64,000 nt of DNA from a virus (IMGVR_UViG_3300013947_000019:64001-128000); one strand, 5' to 3'. Shown: positions 1 to 10,300, numbered from the stretch's first letter. A program made the numbers and translations. The notes: generated from the sequence alone by a model not told the origin.

Positions 1-7
1 CCATATA

Positions 8-418
8 TTAATAATCGCTCAGATCATAATCTGCGTAGTAACCGGAAATCTCATAATATTTCTTACGTTCTTTATCATCCATCTTCTCTAAGACAATTTT
101 CTCGTAATCATATAACCAATCCCAGAGTTGATCTAAAGCTTCTGCATCTCTGGTAAATCCGTGACTTTCCAGATCGCGCTTGATATGCATAATACGACCT
201 TGAATGGCTTTCATTTTCAGATCAGGATTCTTAGATTTCCAGGGAATATCTCTGGCTCCACCTCCAGGATATTTGGTGTCTTCATCTTTACGGAATCGAT
301 CAGTATTAATCTTACCTTTTACTTTTTCAGCTACTTTGCTATACTTCTTAGGTTTAGGTGCATTATTATCCACCAGTGGATTAAACACAACATCTTCGAA
401 TAAACTAAATAAACCCAT
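8..418 (-). CDS. hypothetical protein (possible virion protein)
   Basis: ORF 8..454; GGAGG upstream of ATG at 418 (MGLFSLFED...) favours this start. Confidence 0.6.
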   Translation of the reverse strand: MGLFSLFEDVVFNPLVDNNAPKPKKYSKVAEKVKGKINTDRFRKDEDTKYPGGGARDIPWKSKNPDLKMKAIQGRIMHIKRDLESHGFTRDAEALDQLWDWLYDYEKIVLEKMDDKERKKYYEISGYYADYDLSDY

Positions 419-451
419 AATATGATCCTCCACTATCATATAAATTAAAAA

Positions 452-650
452 CACTTTAACACGCTAAAGTGCGCGGGGCGGGGCCGGGGGCAGGTTTCCT
501 GCATTAGACAAGACGTTCGCGCAATATCGCGCTCACTCAAGCCCGCCATTTCTAATGAAATTTTGACCAGGTGAAACATTGATTGGCGGGCGGGCACTTT
601 TCCGGTAACTACGTTGTTGACAAGGAACGCACTTCGTGCTTTACTGAGGG
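452..650. other. GC-rich structured intergenic element (candidate ncRNA or cis element)
   Basis: GC island in AT-rich genome; nested inverted repeats AAAGTGC(466-472)/GCACTTT(594-600) and GCCCGCCA(541-548)/TGGCGGGC(584-591), plus small hairpins. Confidence 0.45.
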
Positions 651-1166
651 TTAGTGATTTAAACATTCAATACTAAGATATCCTAAAACTACTGGATCGT
701 CTGTATTTACTTCAGAGACATTGAGCATAGTTTTGATAGTATTTTTCAGACGATCCATATTTACAATTTTGAGGAACTGGAAAATATCATTGACTACAAT
801 GGGAGATTTATTTTTCTGAAGTTTAACCAGTTCCTCATTAATTTTCTTAGTTACAATTTTATTGATCGATGGATCACAAATTACTAGAATAGTTAATTCA
901 TCAGAGATATCAGATCCATCGATTTTTAGTCTAAGAAATTGAGATAATGATTTAATCTGAGTAGATAAATCAGAACTATCATTTCTCTGAAATTTAAATA
1001 TATTATTTCCAAAATTATTTAGTTCTGATTTTCTTTTATTAGAGAATATATTGAAGATATATTGACTCTGATCCAACATAGGAATTTTTGTTTCTTTATA
1101 AGTTAATACTAGTTCAGGAGTTGGATCAGATAATTTCTTACAATCAGAAGTAATAATCCAAATCAT
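651..1166 (-). CDS. hypothetical protein
   Basis: 171-aa ORF, AAAGGT RBS, late-type motif GACA-N6-TA at 1191-1203. Confidence 0.65.
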   Translation of the reverse strand: MIWIITSDCKKLSDPTPELVLTYKETKIPMLDQSQYIFNIFSNKRKSELNNFGNNIFKFQRNDSSDLSTQIKSLSQFLRLKIDGSDISDELTILVICDPSINKIVTKKINEELVKLQKNKSPIVVNDIFQFLKIVNMDRLKNTIKTMLNVSEVNTDDPVVLGYLSIECLNH

Positions 1167-1460
1167 ATCAGTAAAATACCTTTCTAATAAGTATAAAACT
1201 GTCTAGTAATATAGTAGAAAAATACAAGAAAAATAATGATATATTTCTTCTAATTTTTCTTAATTTTTTGAAAGAATTCGAAAATTTTATTTGAGAATTC
1301 TCATTAAAATGCATTTTCCAACCCGAGAAGGGTTTCGAAAATGCCGAGGGCTAGATAACATCACGTTAGCTAGACCAACATTATTCACTATATCTTCTGT
1401 ATATATAAATAGTAATACATAGAATCTATTTAAAATTGTTAGTAAAAAGAGATTAAATTT

Positions 1461-1482
1461 GAGATATATATTATAGAAATAG
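1461..1482 (+). promoter_or_regulatory. putative early (virion RNAP) promoter
   Basis: GAGATATATATTATAGAAATAG, matches motif recurring at 7 sites upstream of genes. Confidence 0.6.
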
Positions 1483-1505
1483 TACATAGAAAGGAGGTAT
1501 TTATT

Positions 1506-2216
1506 ATGCAGAAAAATCATTGGTATCATTCGACAAAAGATAAAGTTGAGTTAGATCTTACTCAACACGAAATTATTAAGTTACATGAACTTTGTGATTA
1601 TATCATTGAAGTTTGTGATGAGTATATAAAGTATCTTTATAAAAATTATACTGATTATATTCATATGGGTGAAATAGCTGAAACGACATATGTAGATACT
1701 ACACCAGGATGGAAGCCATACTATAAATATCATATTAAAAAACATGAGGATTTATTACGTATATATCTATATGAAATTGCTAATGAGTTTCCTCATGCTT
1801 TTGAAGCTTCTAAATATAATGGTTTTAGTTATACCAATTTTTATGATGCGATGAATAAGTATTGTAAAAAGCTTTACTTGCTGCGTATTCATAAAAAGTC
1901 AAGTGATCGATTACTAGTTATAACTCCAGCACATCATGTATCATTATCCAGAATCAATGATCGTGGTTCAATCACAATACCTGGATTTAAGAAAAATATA
2001 AAACTGCGGAGTAAATTTAAGAATGTGCTTGGTGATGATCGTGTAATGCATTATTTTATCAATATCACAAAACCATCAAGTTCAAAGCTTATGAAAGCTT
2101 CATTGAATCTTGGTTTTGGTACAAAAAATAAACCATATTTTGATATCGATGGATTTATTAATTTACGAAAGAAAAAGAAAGGAGAGAAATCCAATGGCTG
2201 GAAAAAAGAACGATAA
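1506..2216 (+). CDS. hypothetical early protein
   Basis: 236-aa ORF with AAGGAGG RBS. Confidence 0.75.
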   Translation: MQKNHWYHSTKDKVELDLTQHEIIKLHELCDYIIEVCDEYIKYLYKNYTDYIHMGEIAETTYVDTTPGWKPYYKYHIKKHEDLLRIYLYEIANEFPHAFEASKYNGFSYTNFYDAMNKYCKKLYLLRIHKKSSDRLLVITPAHHVSLSRINDRGSITIPGFKKNIKLRSKFKNVLGDDRVMHYFINITKPSSSKLMKASLNLGFGTKNKPYFDIDGFINLRKKKKGEKSNGWKKER

Positions 2217-2898
2217 TAAACTTCGTGGTAAACGAGATGAAGAAGGTTTCATTCAGCTGATTCCGAAGAGTGAAAATAAAACTGAAAAAGTTAAATCAGT
2301 AAAAAAGAGTGATGGGAACCCCTTTAAAATGGGGTCTTACAAATATCGATTGTTCAAATCTCTTCAAAAACACCGTACCCCAAAGTGGGTACTCGGGTTC
2401 CACCATGAAAAGGCAGAAAACGTCATTTTAGGGGTAGATAAGAAAGATAAACCTAAGACGATTATTACTTCTTATCCGGTTGGTAAGAAAGAGCTGAATG
2501 ATGCTGGAATTCAGAAGTCAGAAGGTCTTTCTGTATTGATTAATTGTGGTATGGGAACGTATCAAAAGATCCCATATTCAGTCTATAAGAAGTTCAAGAA
2601 AATCGAAAAGATGATCATTACAGTTAGATTAGAAACCTGGTCGGATGGAGATGATGAAGGAGAAGAAGTTTATGCCCATCAGTACTTCATTGATTCTATT
2701 GGAGAGCTGATGAGATTCTATCTATATCTGAGACATTTAGATGAGTATGTAAATGAACTTACTTCTTCTTTGTTATGGTATAATCGAATCAAGTTTAAGA
2801 TCGATACGATGGTAGATAAAGGAAAAGATAAACCAGAATATTTTAAAGGCAACTTTAATGAGTTTCTGGAAAAGTATGGATTTAAGGAGTTAATTTAA
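2194..2898 (+). CDS. hypothetical protein carrying N-terminal RDEEGFIQLIPK tag
   Basis: AAGGAGA RBS before ATG 2194 (MAGKKND...) within ORF 2110..2898. Confidence 0.75.
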   Translation: MAGKKNDNKLRGKRDEEGFIQLIPKSENKTEKVKSVKKSDGNPFKMGSYKYRLFKSLQKHRTPKWVLGFHHEKAENVILGVDKKDKPKTIITSYPVGKKELNDAGIQKSEGLSVLINCGMGTYQKIPYSVYKKFKKIEKMIITVRLETWSDGDDEGEEVYAHQYFIDSIGELMRFYLYLRHLDEYVNELTSSLLWYNRIKFKIDTMVDKGKDKPEYFKGNFNEFLEKYGFKELI

Positions 2899-2900
2899 AT

Positions 2901-3068
2901 ATGACAAAAGATAGACTTTTTGAGATCCTGGATGATCTCACCAATAAGATGGTGGAAGATACAGATGTAAATACAGTCATAACGATCTTAGTGGATCAAT
3001 GTGACTGTACATATGATGAGTTGGAAGAACTCGGTTTCAATGAAGATGATATCGATGATGTACTGTGA
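2901..3068 (+). CDS. small very acidic protein (55 aa, absent from the ORF track)
   Basis: AAGGAG RBS, ATG 2901, TGA 3066-3068; MTKDRLFEILDDLTNKMVEDTDVNTVITILVDQCDCTYDELEELGFNEDDIDDVL. Confidence 0.7.
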   Translation: MTKDRLFEILDDLTNKMVEDTDVNTVITILVDQCDCTYDELEELGFNEDDIDDVL

Positions 3069-3387
3069 TAATAAGAAAGTTGTTTCTACCAAAAATCCAG
3101 AACCGGATGAGTACGGATACTATAGAGCAACGGATATATCTACATTCTCTGATAAAGTTGAAGAGCTTATGAATGAAAGAGATGGTGTATCTACAATAGA
3201 TCATCCATATACAATGGATGATGTAAGAGCTGTAATCAGAATGCAATCTTATCAGAACTCTCCTAATGAGAGATGGAATGGTACTATGAAGTATCGCGGT
3301 CCAGATAAAATTGAATCTAATCATAAGGCTAAGAAGAAAAAGAAATTCAAATTAGTCAAGAAGTCAAAACAAAGAAATCGGAAGTAA
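3055..3387 (+). CDS. hypothetical protein with basic C-terminus
   Basis: ORF 3001..3387; likely start overlaps end of upstream small gene. Confidence 0.6.
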   Translation: MMYCDNKKVVSTKNPEPDEYGYYRATDISTFSDKVEELMNERDGVSTIDHPYTMDDVRAVIRMQSYQNSPNERWNGTMKYRGPDKIESNHKAKKKKKFKLVKKSKQRNRK

Positions 3388-3412
3388 ATAAGCTTCCGAT
3401 TTTGGCTCATCT

Positions 3413-3436
3413 TTCAAATATATATTATATAAGTGA
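3413..3436 (+). promoter_or_regulatory. putative early promoter
   Basis: TTCAAATATATATTATATAAGTGA. Confidence 0.65.
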
Positions 3437-3508
3437 TAGAGAGTTAGATGATATGCTGAGATCATAACTAACTCACAAATAATTTAAATTCAAAAGGAGA
3501 TATCTACA

Positions 3509-4141
3509 ATGAGCAGATCTGAGGCAAACAAGAAGAGAGCAAAGGCAATCGATACCAAGTATGAAACTACTGTCAAGGAACCCGAAACTGAAGTGAAGGA
3601 AGAGACCAAGAAGGAAAAGAAACCTTTCTTCAAGTTCAAGAGTACTCCTGCCGAGCGTATGACCAAGTTGGCAACGCTCAATGCACGCACCTATATCTTC
3701 CTGAAGGGTATGGGTATCGTGAACAAGAAGTTGAGCGCCAAGGTCAATGGCGAAGTTCAGCCGAATGGAAAGCCCTGGTTCAATGACAACAAGGTCACTG
3801 AAATCAAGGAAGAAGAGAAGGCCTCTCCGATCCTGAATACGGTTCCTACTACCACTGAGGTGGTCAAGAAGGATACCCAGAAGAAGGATCAGGATGAGAA
3901 GAAAGAAACCAAGAAGACAGAGACTACTCAGCAGGACTCTGTTAAGTCTAAGGAGCAGCCCGCCAAGGAAGAGAAGAAGGATAAGGAACCCAAGGTCGTT
4001 GAGGTGAAGGAAGATGAGATCGATTATCTCGTCGAACCTGAGACCGAGATGGAGAAGGTTCTGAAGCCCAAGAAGAATTACCGCAAGAATGGTAAGAAGG
4101 CCAGAAAGGCCGCAATGGAGGCTGCGAAGAAGTCTGCCTGA
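3509..4141 (+). CDS. highly charged low-complexity early protein
   Basis: 210-aa K/E-rich ORF, AAGGAG RBS, strong AAG/GAG codon bias. Confidence 0.8.
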   Translation: MSRSEANKKRAKAIDTKYETTVKEPETEVKEETKKEKKPFFKFKSTPAERMTKLATLNARTYIFLKGMGIVNKKLSAKVNGEVQPNGKPWFNDNKVTEIKEEEKASPILNTVPTTTEVVKKDTQKKDQDEKKETKKTETTQQDSVKSKEQPAKEEKKDKEPKVVEVKEDEIDYLVEPETEMEKVLKPKKNYRKNGKKARKAAMEAAKKSA

Positions 4142-4168
4142 TTGGGAGAGACAGGTAGACAAAAGAGT

Positions 4169-4193
4169 TGGGAGGGTCGCAATGACCCTCCCA
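4169..4193. terminator. bidirectional intrinsic terminator
   Basis: TGGGAGGGTC-GCAAT-GACCCTCCCA hairpin between convergent genes. Confidence 0.75.
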
Positions 4194-4214
4194 TTCTCTC
4201 TCATTATTTATTTT

Positions 4215-4447
4215 TTATTTATTAAGTTCCTTTTCAATTAGTGGTAAGTATTTATTTGCAAGCTGTCGTTTCTTTTCAATAACAATCTTGTTCATACCAC
4301 CAACTTTAATAATATCTAAGCACATACGCTTATAGATACCAATAGCTGATAGACAAGCGTCAATCTTATATACATGATCAGTATCTTTCGTGTATGGTGC
4401 AAGATCCGAAGGAATCACATTAGATACAATACCTTTTAATGCACTAA
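4215..4447 (-). CDS. rpoB: virion-type RNA polymerase beta subunit (N-part), exon 2
   Basis: After splicing reads ...GDKISY-F-SALKGIVSNVIP...APY...IDACLSAIGIYKRM, equivalent to beta GDK..NKGV..PY..DIVLNPLGVPSRM. Confidence 0.85.
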
Positions 4448-4573
4448 CTAATATCTTCAGATAGGGTCGCTAATCCTATCCCGCAGCATTACCTGCAGCT
4501 TACGGTTTTCCCGTAATGTAGAGACTATATTTTCAAGATATATCTTGTCTGGTCTTTCGGAATCGCTTGATTC

Positions 4574-5359
4574 CTAATGCTTATGAACTAAAATAATGAA
4601 ACCATTTTCATCTCTTGGTTCATATGCAATAGTCGTTGAACCTTTAACTTCTTCTAGTATAGGACGATATAGTTTTCCTTGGCGCATCTTTTTAATGACT
4701 TGTATTAATTTCTTCTCATCGTATTTTGGAAAATATTTAGCAATTTCCCGGGATGTGAAAACACCATATTGAATTAAACTTGCAATTGATAATAAGTCTT
4801 TTCGCTTATATGTTTTCATTCGAATTTCATCCACATCCCATTTATAATCCTTGCTTATATTATTCCATGTTTTTCTGTAAAATATTCTATCAAGAATACT
4901 ATCAATATTTTTAATATCATAAAGATCAAGTTTCTTTTCAATTTTTCGTATATTGTATCCCTGTTCAAATAACTCACATACTTTACGTACTTGATCATTT
5001 GTTAGTATTGAAAATTGATGATCTTCGCCAGTTCTATACAAATCATTAATAGATGCACGACATTTATTTTCATCACCAGTAACATACTCAAGATTATACA
5101 AAGCAGGGTTTAGTTTATTACAGTCTATATGATCCACTTCTAGATCAGAGTCATATGTAAAAGCTGCTAAAACTAAACGATGTAATGCATATTTTTTAAG
5201 TTTTCCAGATTTAGATACTAGAGTGACTCGAATATAACCTTTTTCATTTTTAGGATTACATCCATTTAATATTCGTCCATTTACAAGAGCAATTTTTCCT
5301 TCATCTGATATTAAATATCTTGTAGGATCAATGTCTCTATATACTAAGGGTATCCACAT
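4574..5359 (-). CDS. intron-encoded HNH homing endonuclease (NUMOD4-like N-terminus)
   Basis: W..RYLISDEG; HRLVLAAF..EVDHIDCNKLNPALYNLEYVT..N; AAGGAGG RBS. Confidence 0.9.
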   Translation of the reverse strand: MWIPLVYRDIDPTRYLISDEGKIALVNGRILNGCNPKNEKGYIRVTLVSKSGKLKKYALHRLVLAAFTYDSDLEVDHIDCNKLNPALYNLEYVTGDENKCRASINDLYRTGEDHQFSILTNDQVRKVCELFEQGYNIRKIEKKLDLYDIKNIDSILDRIFYRKTWNNISKDYKWDVDEIRMKTYKRKDLLSIASLIQYGVFTSREIAKYFPKYDEKKLIQVIKKMRQGKLYRPILEEVKGSTTIAYEPRDENGFIILVHKH

Positions 5360-5407
5360 GATTAAACTGCCTCCTTAAAATATTTAATCATATGTTATCC
5401 CCTTAGT
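5343..5407 (-). promoter_or_regulatory. hairpin sequestering HNH start codon, with embedded late promoter
   Basis: ACTAAGGG..ATGATTAAA / TTTAATCAT..CCCTTAGT; AACA-TATGAT-TA in the 5' arm. Confidence 0.55.
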
Positions 5408-5623
5408 TTATTAAAAGAAGTTACTTGGCTGCGGGTTAACCATATATCTCAATATTTTTTACGATACATCCAGACTCTCTCTGGATCCACTAACTATGTC
5501 ACCATGCTAGTTTCGTATATTGAGCTTTAGGTATCCAAGAATTAATTCTCAGATTGGTCTTATTTTAGCCCAGACCATTATTCCCGTCAATTAACCAGAT
5601 TACGTACCTAGGGCTTTATTTTC

Positions 5624-8600
5624 AGTACGAGATTTTGTCGCCCGGGGCAATAACGTCCTCATACTCAATATAGAAGTCGATCATTACGCCATCGGGTAGT
5701 TTAACACCCTTCACTTTGCCCTGTCCATCGGGTTCAAGTCTCTCAGCAGGTTTTGTAATCGTATTCGCATCATAGAGATTCTCATACTTTTCAATAACCT
5801 TTTCGCGCTTTCTATTTGCACTTGAGAAACCTTCAACAATCTTGCGAAGAGTGGGAGTCATTTCATTTGGATCAGCTGTATAATAAATACGAATATCTGC
5901 AATCTTTCCACTATACTTACTGACCACTGGTGCTGTTCCTGCAATCACTTCATCTTCATCTCCGGCTTCAGCAGCCATTGTCTGAAGCATCATAGAAGTG
6001 AATTCATCTTGTGTATCATCAAAGCTGATTAAAATGCTGTTTGTTGCAACATTATCACCAACTTTAACCATAGATTTAATATTAGCATACTTAGACAAGA
6101 TTACTCGTTTCTGCATAGTAATCTTGGTAGCCATTCTATGAGCCAGATCATCAGTGATATAACAAGAGTCTTCAAAAACACCACCATTGGTTTCTACTGC
6201 AATACGAGCCATAGTACCCATAGATGCCAAGTAATCACCAAACATATCGTTTGTATTGATATATTTAGGATCGTATGCTAATAATGTAGAGGCTTTAAAT
6301 TCAGAACCAATCTGCAGATCATTAGCAACGAACATCTGATTCATTACATAGAAACCACCATCCGTATTCTTTGCAGGTCTCTTAGAAAGATCAATATCAT
6401 CATATGTACCATCTACATATTGTACAATCATGATATCATCTTTAATATCAATAACCTTACCATCCTTCTTAGCACTACGTGCATAATCAGAGGAAAGATA
6501 AGGCATCAGACGTTCAGCATCATAAGAGACAGGGCAAGAACAACTGGATGCAACAGGGACCACATGCTTAGATTGAGATAGAGACATGGCAACACGCTCA
6601 ATATCAGCAGACTCAGGACCAAAAGCTTGCATTAACTCACCAGGAGTAGCAAGCTCGGTTGCTGTATAGTCTTCTTTATCGACAGTGATAAAACCACGTG
6701 CATCATCGATATTTGCATTGGTAGACATATGACGACCAATACCAACTTTACCAGAAGGAGTAGAGTTCATACCGACAACGCCCTTCATCGAAGGATGATA
6801 TGCACGTTTCTCAATCGTGAAAGAGTGCTCTTCATTCATACCAGAAGGACCCTTCAGTTTAATCAGTCGATCATTCTCCATCTCAAGTACAATATTTAAT
6901 TCAGAATGAGGGTCAACGATATCGGAAGTCAGTAAGTACTTGATAATAGCATTCTCGGGGATAGAGAACTTATCAGTCTTACCAAGTCGATATTTACCCC
7001 AAGCTTCAGCCAGTTCACAATATAACTGTGCCATAATGATTTCATTACTACGAATACGTGCATTATGATAATCAGAGTCAATCTGATAATGGTTATCAGC
7101 TAAGACACCATTACAATACAACATCAGTCGAGTGAAATCAGTTGGCATCTTCAGTCTGACCAGAACTTCCATTGTAATAGGATCAATGAAGCAGTAATAG
7201 AAGTTTCTCAGTGCATCAGCAAGAGTCTTACTATTAAACATGGAATCAAAGATTTGTACATATGCATCATATGTATCCATATCATAGAAGGAATAGTTCT
7301 TAGTCGGGAAAGTACTTAAACCATTCAGAAGCAACGAGTTTTCAAAAGGATATCGATCATAGATTAAATATCCATCATCAAACTGAACTAATCCCTGATT
7401 GTTAGGATCATAATCAGTAGGTTTCTTCTGTAAGAAATCAAACTTGATCTTAGCCTTCTGAAGAACTGCAGTTAAACCACCAGGATCAGCAGCAGCACAA
7501 ACAAGTACCAGAGGAACATCCATCTTCATAACTCGAGAACGAGAATAGATAAACTTAGAACTGCTGGAAAGAGAATCAAGTTCTTTCTTTAAACCAGAAT
7601 CATACCACCCAATTACCTCAGTAATGAATTCAGAGAGCTCACCATAATCATTACCCTTTTCATCATACACTTTATTAGTACGACCAGATAAGCAGAATTT
7701 AGTTCCTCCAGAAGCAGGACCCTTATTACCGGATCGTACTGCTAAAGGAATTAGAGATTCGGGATCTTCTTTATGCTTTGTATAAACAGGCTTAAACTCC
7801 TTCATATCGATGACCATATTAGCATCATCTACTATGAAGAAAATCTTCGTATGATCCTTACCTGTACCAATTGTAGCCTTCGTTACGGCTGTACCAATTT
7901 CATCATACTCCATAGTAGTCAGGTAATTCTTATTTGGAATCGTACAGTCACCTTTGGTTACAATAATACCAGGAGGACAACTGGGACCACCAAGAAGTTT
8001 CTTGATACGAGTAATACGAGGAGACAGATTAGAACCATATCGAGAAGAAATGATCTTCTTATAAGAAGTAACTGCCTGACAAGAATCTGGAGAGATCTTA
8101 GTAACAGGATAAGGAAGCTTCTGATGAGAGATATTCATCTTCTGATCATTCAGATAGAGATACCGATCCTCATACATCTTAGGAAGCAGGAATGAGAACT
8201 TATGTCTCTTACGAGTCTCATCTTCAAAAGAGACAGTATATCGAATCATACGATCAGTAGCCGTAGATACATCTTCTACTTCAATATCTTTATTAATATA
8301 CATAGCCGGATGCACATGGCTAAAATGCATCAGAATATTAACCAGATCATTCATCATTAAGTTTTCATTATATGCAGCTTCAAACTCTTGAGAACGAACA
8401 GTTTTCATATCATCATTGATTGTATGAATAGGAGGTTTTGTAACTGGAATAGCAGTCTTCTTTTCGGCTTCCAGAATTGTACGGAGAGGCACATTACCGA
8501 TATTAGTTTCTTTATACTTCTCCTTCATAATCTGGTCACGTTTATAAGAAGCTACCGTTTTACCAGTTGCTTTAGCTCCCAGGATTACATCGACATCTTC

Positions 8601-9779
8601 GGGATCTTCAATCACAACATCAGGCATTTCAAATTCACCCATGTCGACATCCATCTCGAATTCATCATCAATAATATCTTCACCAGAAGGTTCATCGATT
8701 TCTTCTACTTCTCTTTCTTCATCGAAATCATCAATCTTCTCTTTCTTTTGACCAAGTAAAGTTGGCTCTTCTTCAACCTTAGTCGGCTTTTCTGTCTTAG
8801 TGATATTTTTACGAACCACTTTCTTGACTTCAGCTTTCTTTTCAGGAGCCACAGTATCAGGATCCGTATTCATATCAGTTAAGATCTTTTCAGTAGCCAG
8901 ATCTTCCTTAGACTCCTCTTCGGCCTTCTTCATCTTTTGATCAATGATCTTATCGGCTTTGAGTTCTTCTGGAGTGGAAGTCTCCTTTGTTCTCTTAGCT
9001 CGCATCATAAACTCATGAAGAGTTTTAGTCATATCAAAATCTTCTGAAAGTTTGGTAGTATCAATAGGTAATACATATACACCATGTACGAAATATAGTT
9101 TATGAAATCTCGTATATACAGCAGGATCACATAATTGACGAGCCAATTGCTGACCAAACTGAGTAGCGTTTGGTCTAAAAATCAAATTGATATTATTATA
9201 GGAAGCTGTAGTAAAATACAGATCCATAGGAACAATCACATGACATTCATAATCGCCAAGATAGTTTTCCACACTACCAACCTGAGCAGATTTATAAACT
9301 CTCGTATATTCAGAGATAACCTCTCTTGTCTTAACAGACATCAACCTGGTATCTCTTGGATTATTCAGAATTGCTTGTGAAGCATAATTCGTTTCAACTA
9401 ATACATTGAAATTCTTCAGAGGTCTCATCTTAGCATTTGCTAAATAAGATGTGATACCATCGATATTCTTAAGGTTCTTCGTTTTATTATTATTGAGTAA
9501 TGCAGTTACAGACCCATCTTCATCCGGATGAATGATCTGAAGTCCAGCCCCTCTGAAATTATGACTCCACTTTTTATCAATAAAATATTTCCATAAGTTA
9601 CGGAAAAGAAGTGTTGGATTTTTATCCAACCATTTTAATTCATCTTCAATAGAAGGAGCAAGTACCATAAAGGCCATGTTCTTCTTTCGAGCTTTCGGGT
9701 TTTCGGGCATAATGACCGGTGGTCTGGTCTTATATGTGATGAAAGGCTCAAGTGCCTGGAGCTTAATCATCTTGATCAC
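5624..9779 (-). CDS. rpoB: virion-type RNA polymerase beta subunit (N-part; phiKZ gp178-like), exon 1
   Basis: Motifs STPSGKVGIGRH, DIERVAMSLSQSKHVVP, GGVFEDSCYI, PGDK; spliced length ~1460 aa; next to tape measure gene. Confidence 0.85.
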
Positions 9780-9867
9780 CGTTCCTTTCTATTTAAATTC
9801 TACATATTTACCAACGTGATAATAATAGAACCCATAATATAATAGGGTTAAGCGCTATGTCTGTATA

Positions 9868-9880
9868 TTATATCAGTGTT
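9868..9880 (-). promoter_or_regulatory. putative late promoter
   Basis: AACA-CTGATA-TAA upstream of vRNAP beta gene. Confidence 0.55.
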
Positions 9881-9921
9881 CAGATCATGAAAAGAGACTA
9901 TTTATTTTCTACACTTTTACA

Positions 9922-9934
9922 GACATTACAATAA
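9922..9934 (+). promoter_or_regulatory. putative late promoter
   Basis: GACA-TTACAA-TAA. Confidence 0.5.
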
Positions 9935-9964
9935 TTTATCATGCAGATAAAAGGAGTTTTTGAT

Positions 9965-10267
9965 ATGAGTGTCGATATTAAAGCGATGATTATGAAGAAG
10001 CAAAATGACAAGTTGAAGTCTTCAAAACTTGTTATGAAGGATATCAATCGAGAGTTGATTACAGCATTGATTGCATTACCGGTTTATGGTAAAGAAGTGC
10101 GTGATGAGGAGATTTTAACCATTATTATTAATGGCGGTATCGAACCTCCTCGTATGGATAAAATTCGTTCTGACTTCAGTAAGAGGTTGGATAAACAGGA
10201 AGTTAAGAAGGTCAAAGGTGAATATAGAGATAATGACGGCTTCCTGGTTCTCGTTCCCCGAGCATAA
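9965..10267 (+). CDS. small protein with C-terminal RDNDGFLVLVPRA tag
   Basis: AAGGAG RBS before ATG 9965. Confidence 0.75.
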   Translation: MSVDIKAMIMKKQNDKLKSSKLVMKDINRELITALIALPVYGKEVRDEEILTIIINGGIEPPRMDKIRSDFSKRLDKQEVKKVKGEYRDNDGFLVLVPRA

Positions 10268-10300
10268 TTAATATTATACTTTAGAAGGAGTGTGTACGTA

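Larger units (their letters stand above)
4448..5623 (-). mobile_element. group I intron in RNAP beta gene, carrying HNH endonuclease
   Basis: P1 with U.G (exon CGTACT / intron GGTACG); R element GGTTCAACGACTA (~4630-4642); S element AAATATAGTCT (~4522-4534); terminal G 4448; removal restores frame. Confidence 0.9.

Noticed and set aside
445-666. 73-aa ORF over the GC-rich element
   Set aside because: Atypical composition and codon usage; better explained as structured non-coding sequence.
2323-2435. GC-rich hairpins inside the 2194 ORF
   Set aside because: Short stems within coding sequence with no supporting pattern.
5622-5624. Premature TGA in RNAP beta as pseudogene, readthrough or recoding
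   Set aside because: Explained by the group I intron 5' splice site; other genes read normally in the standard code.
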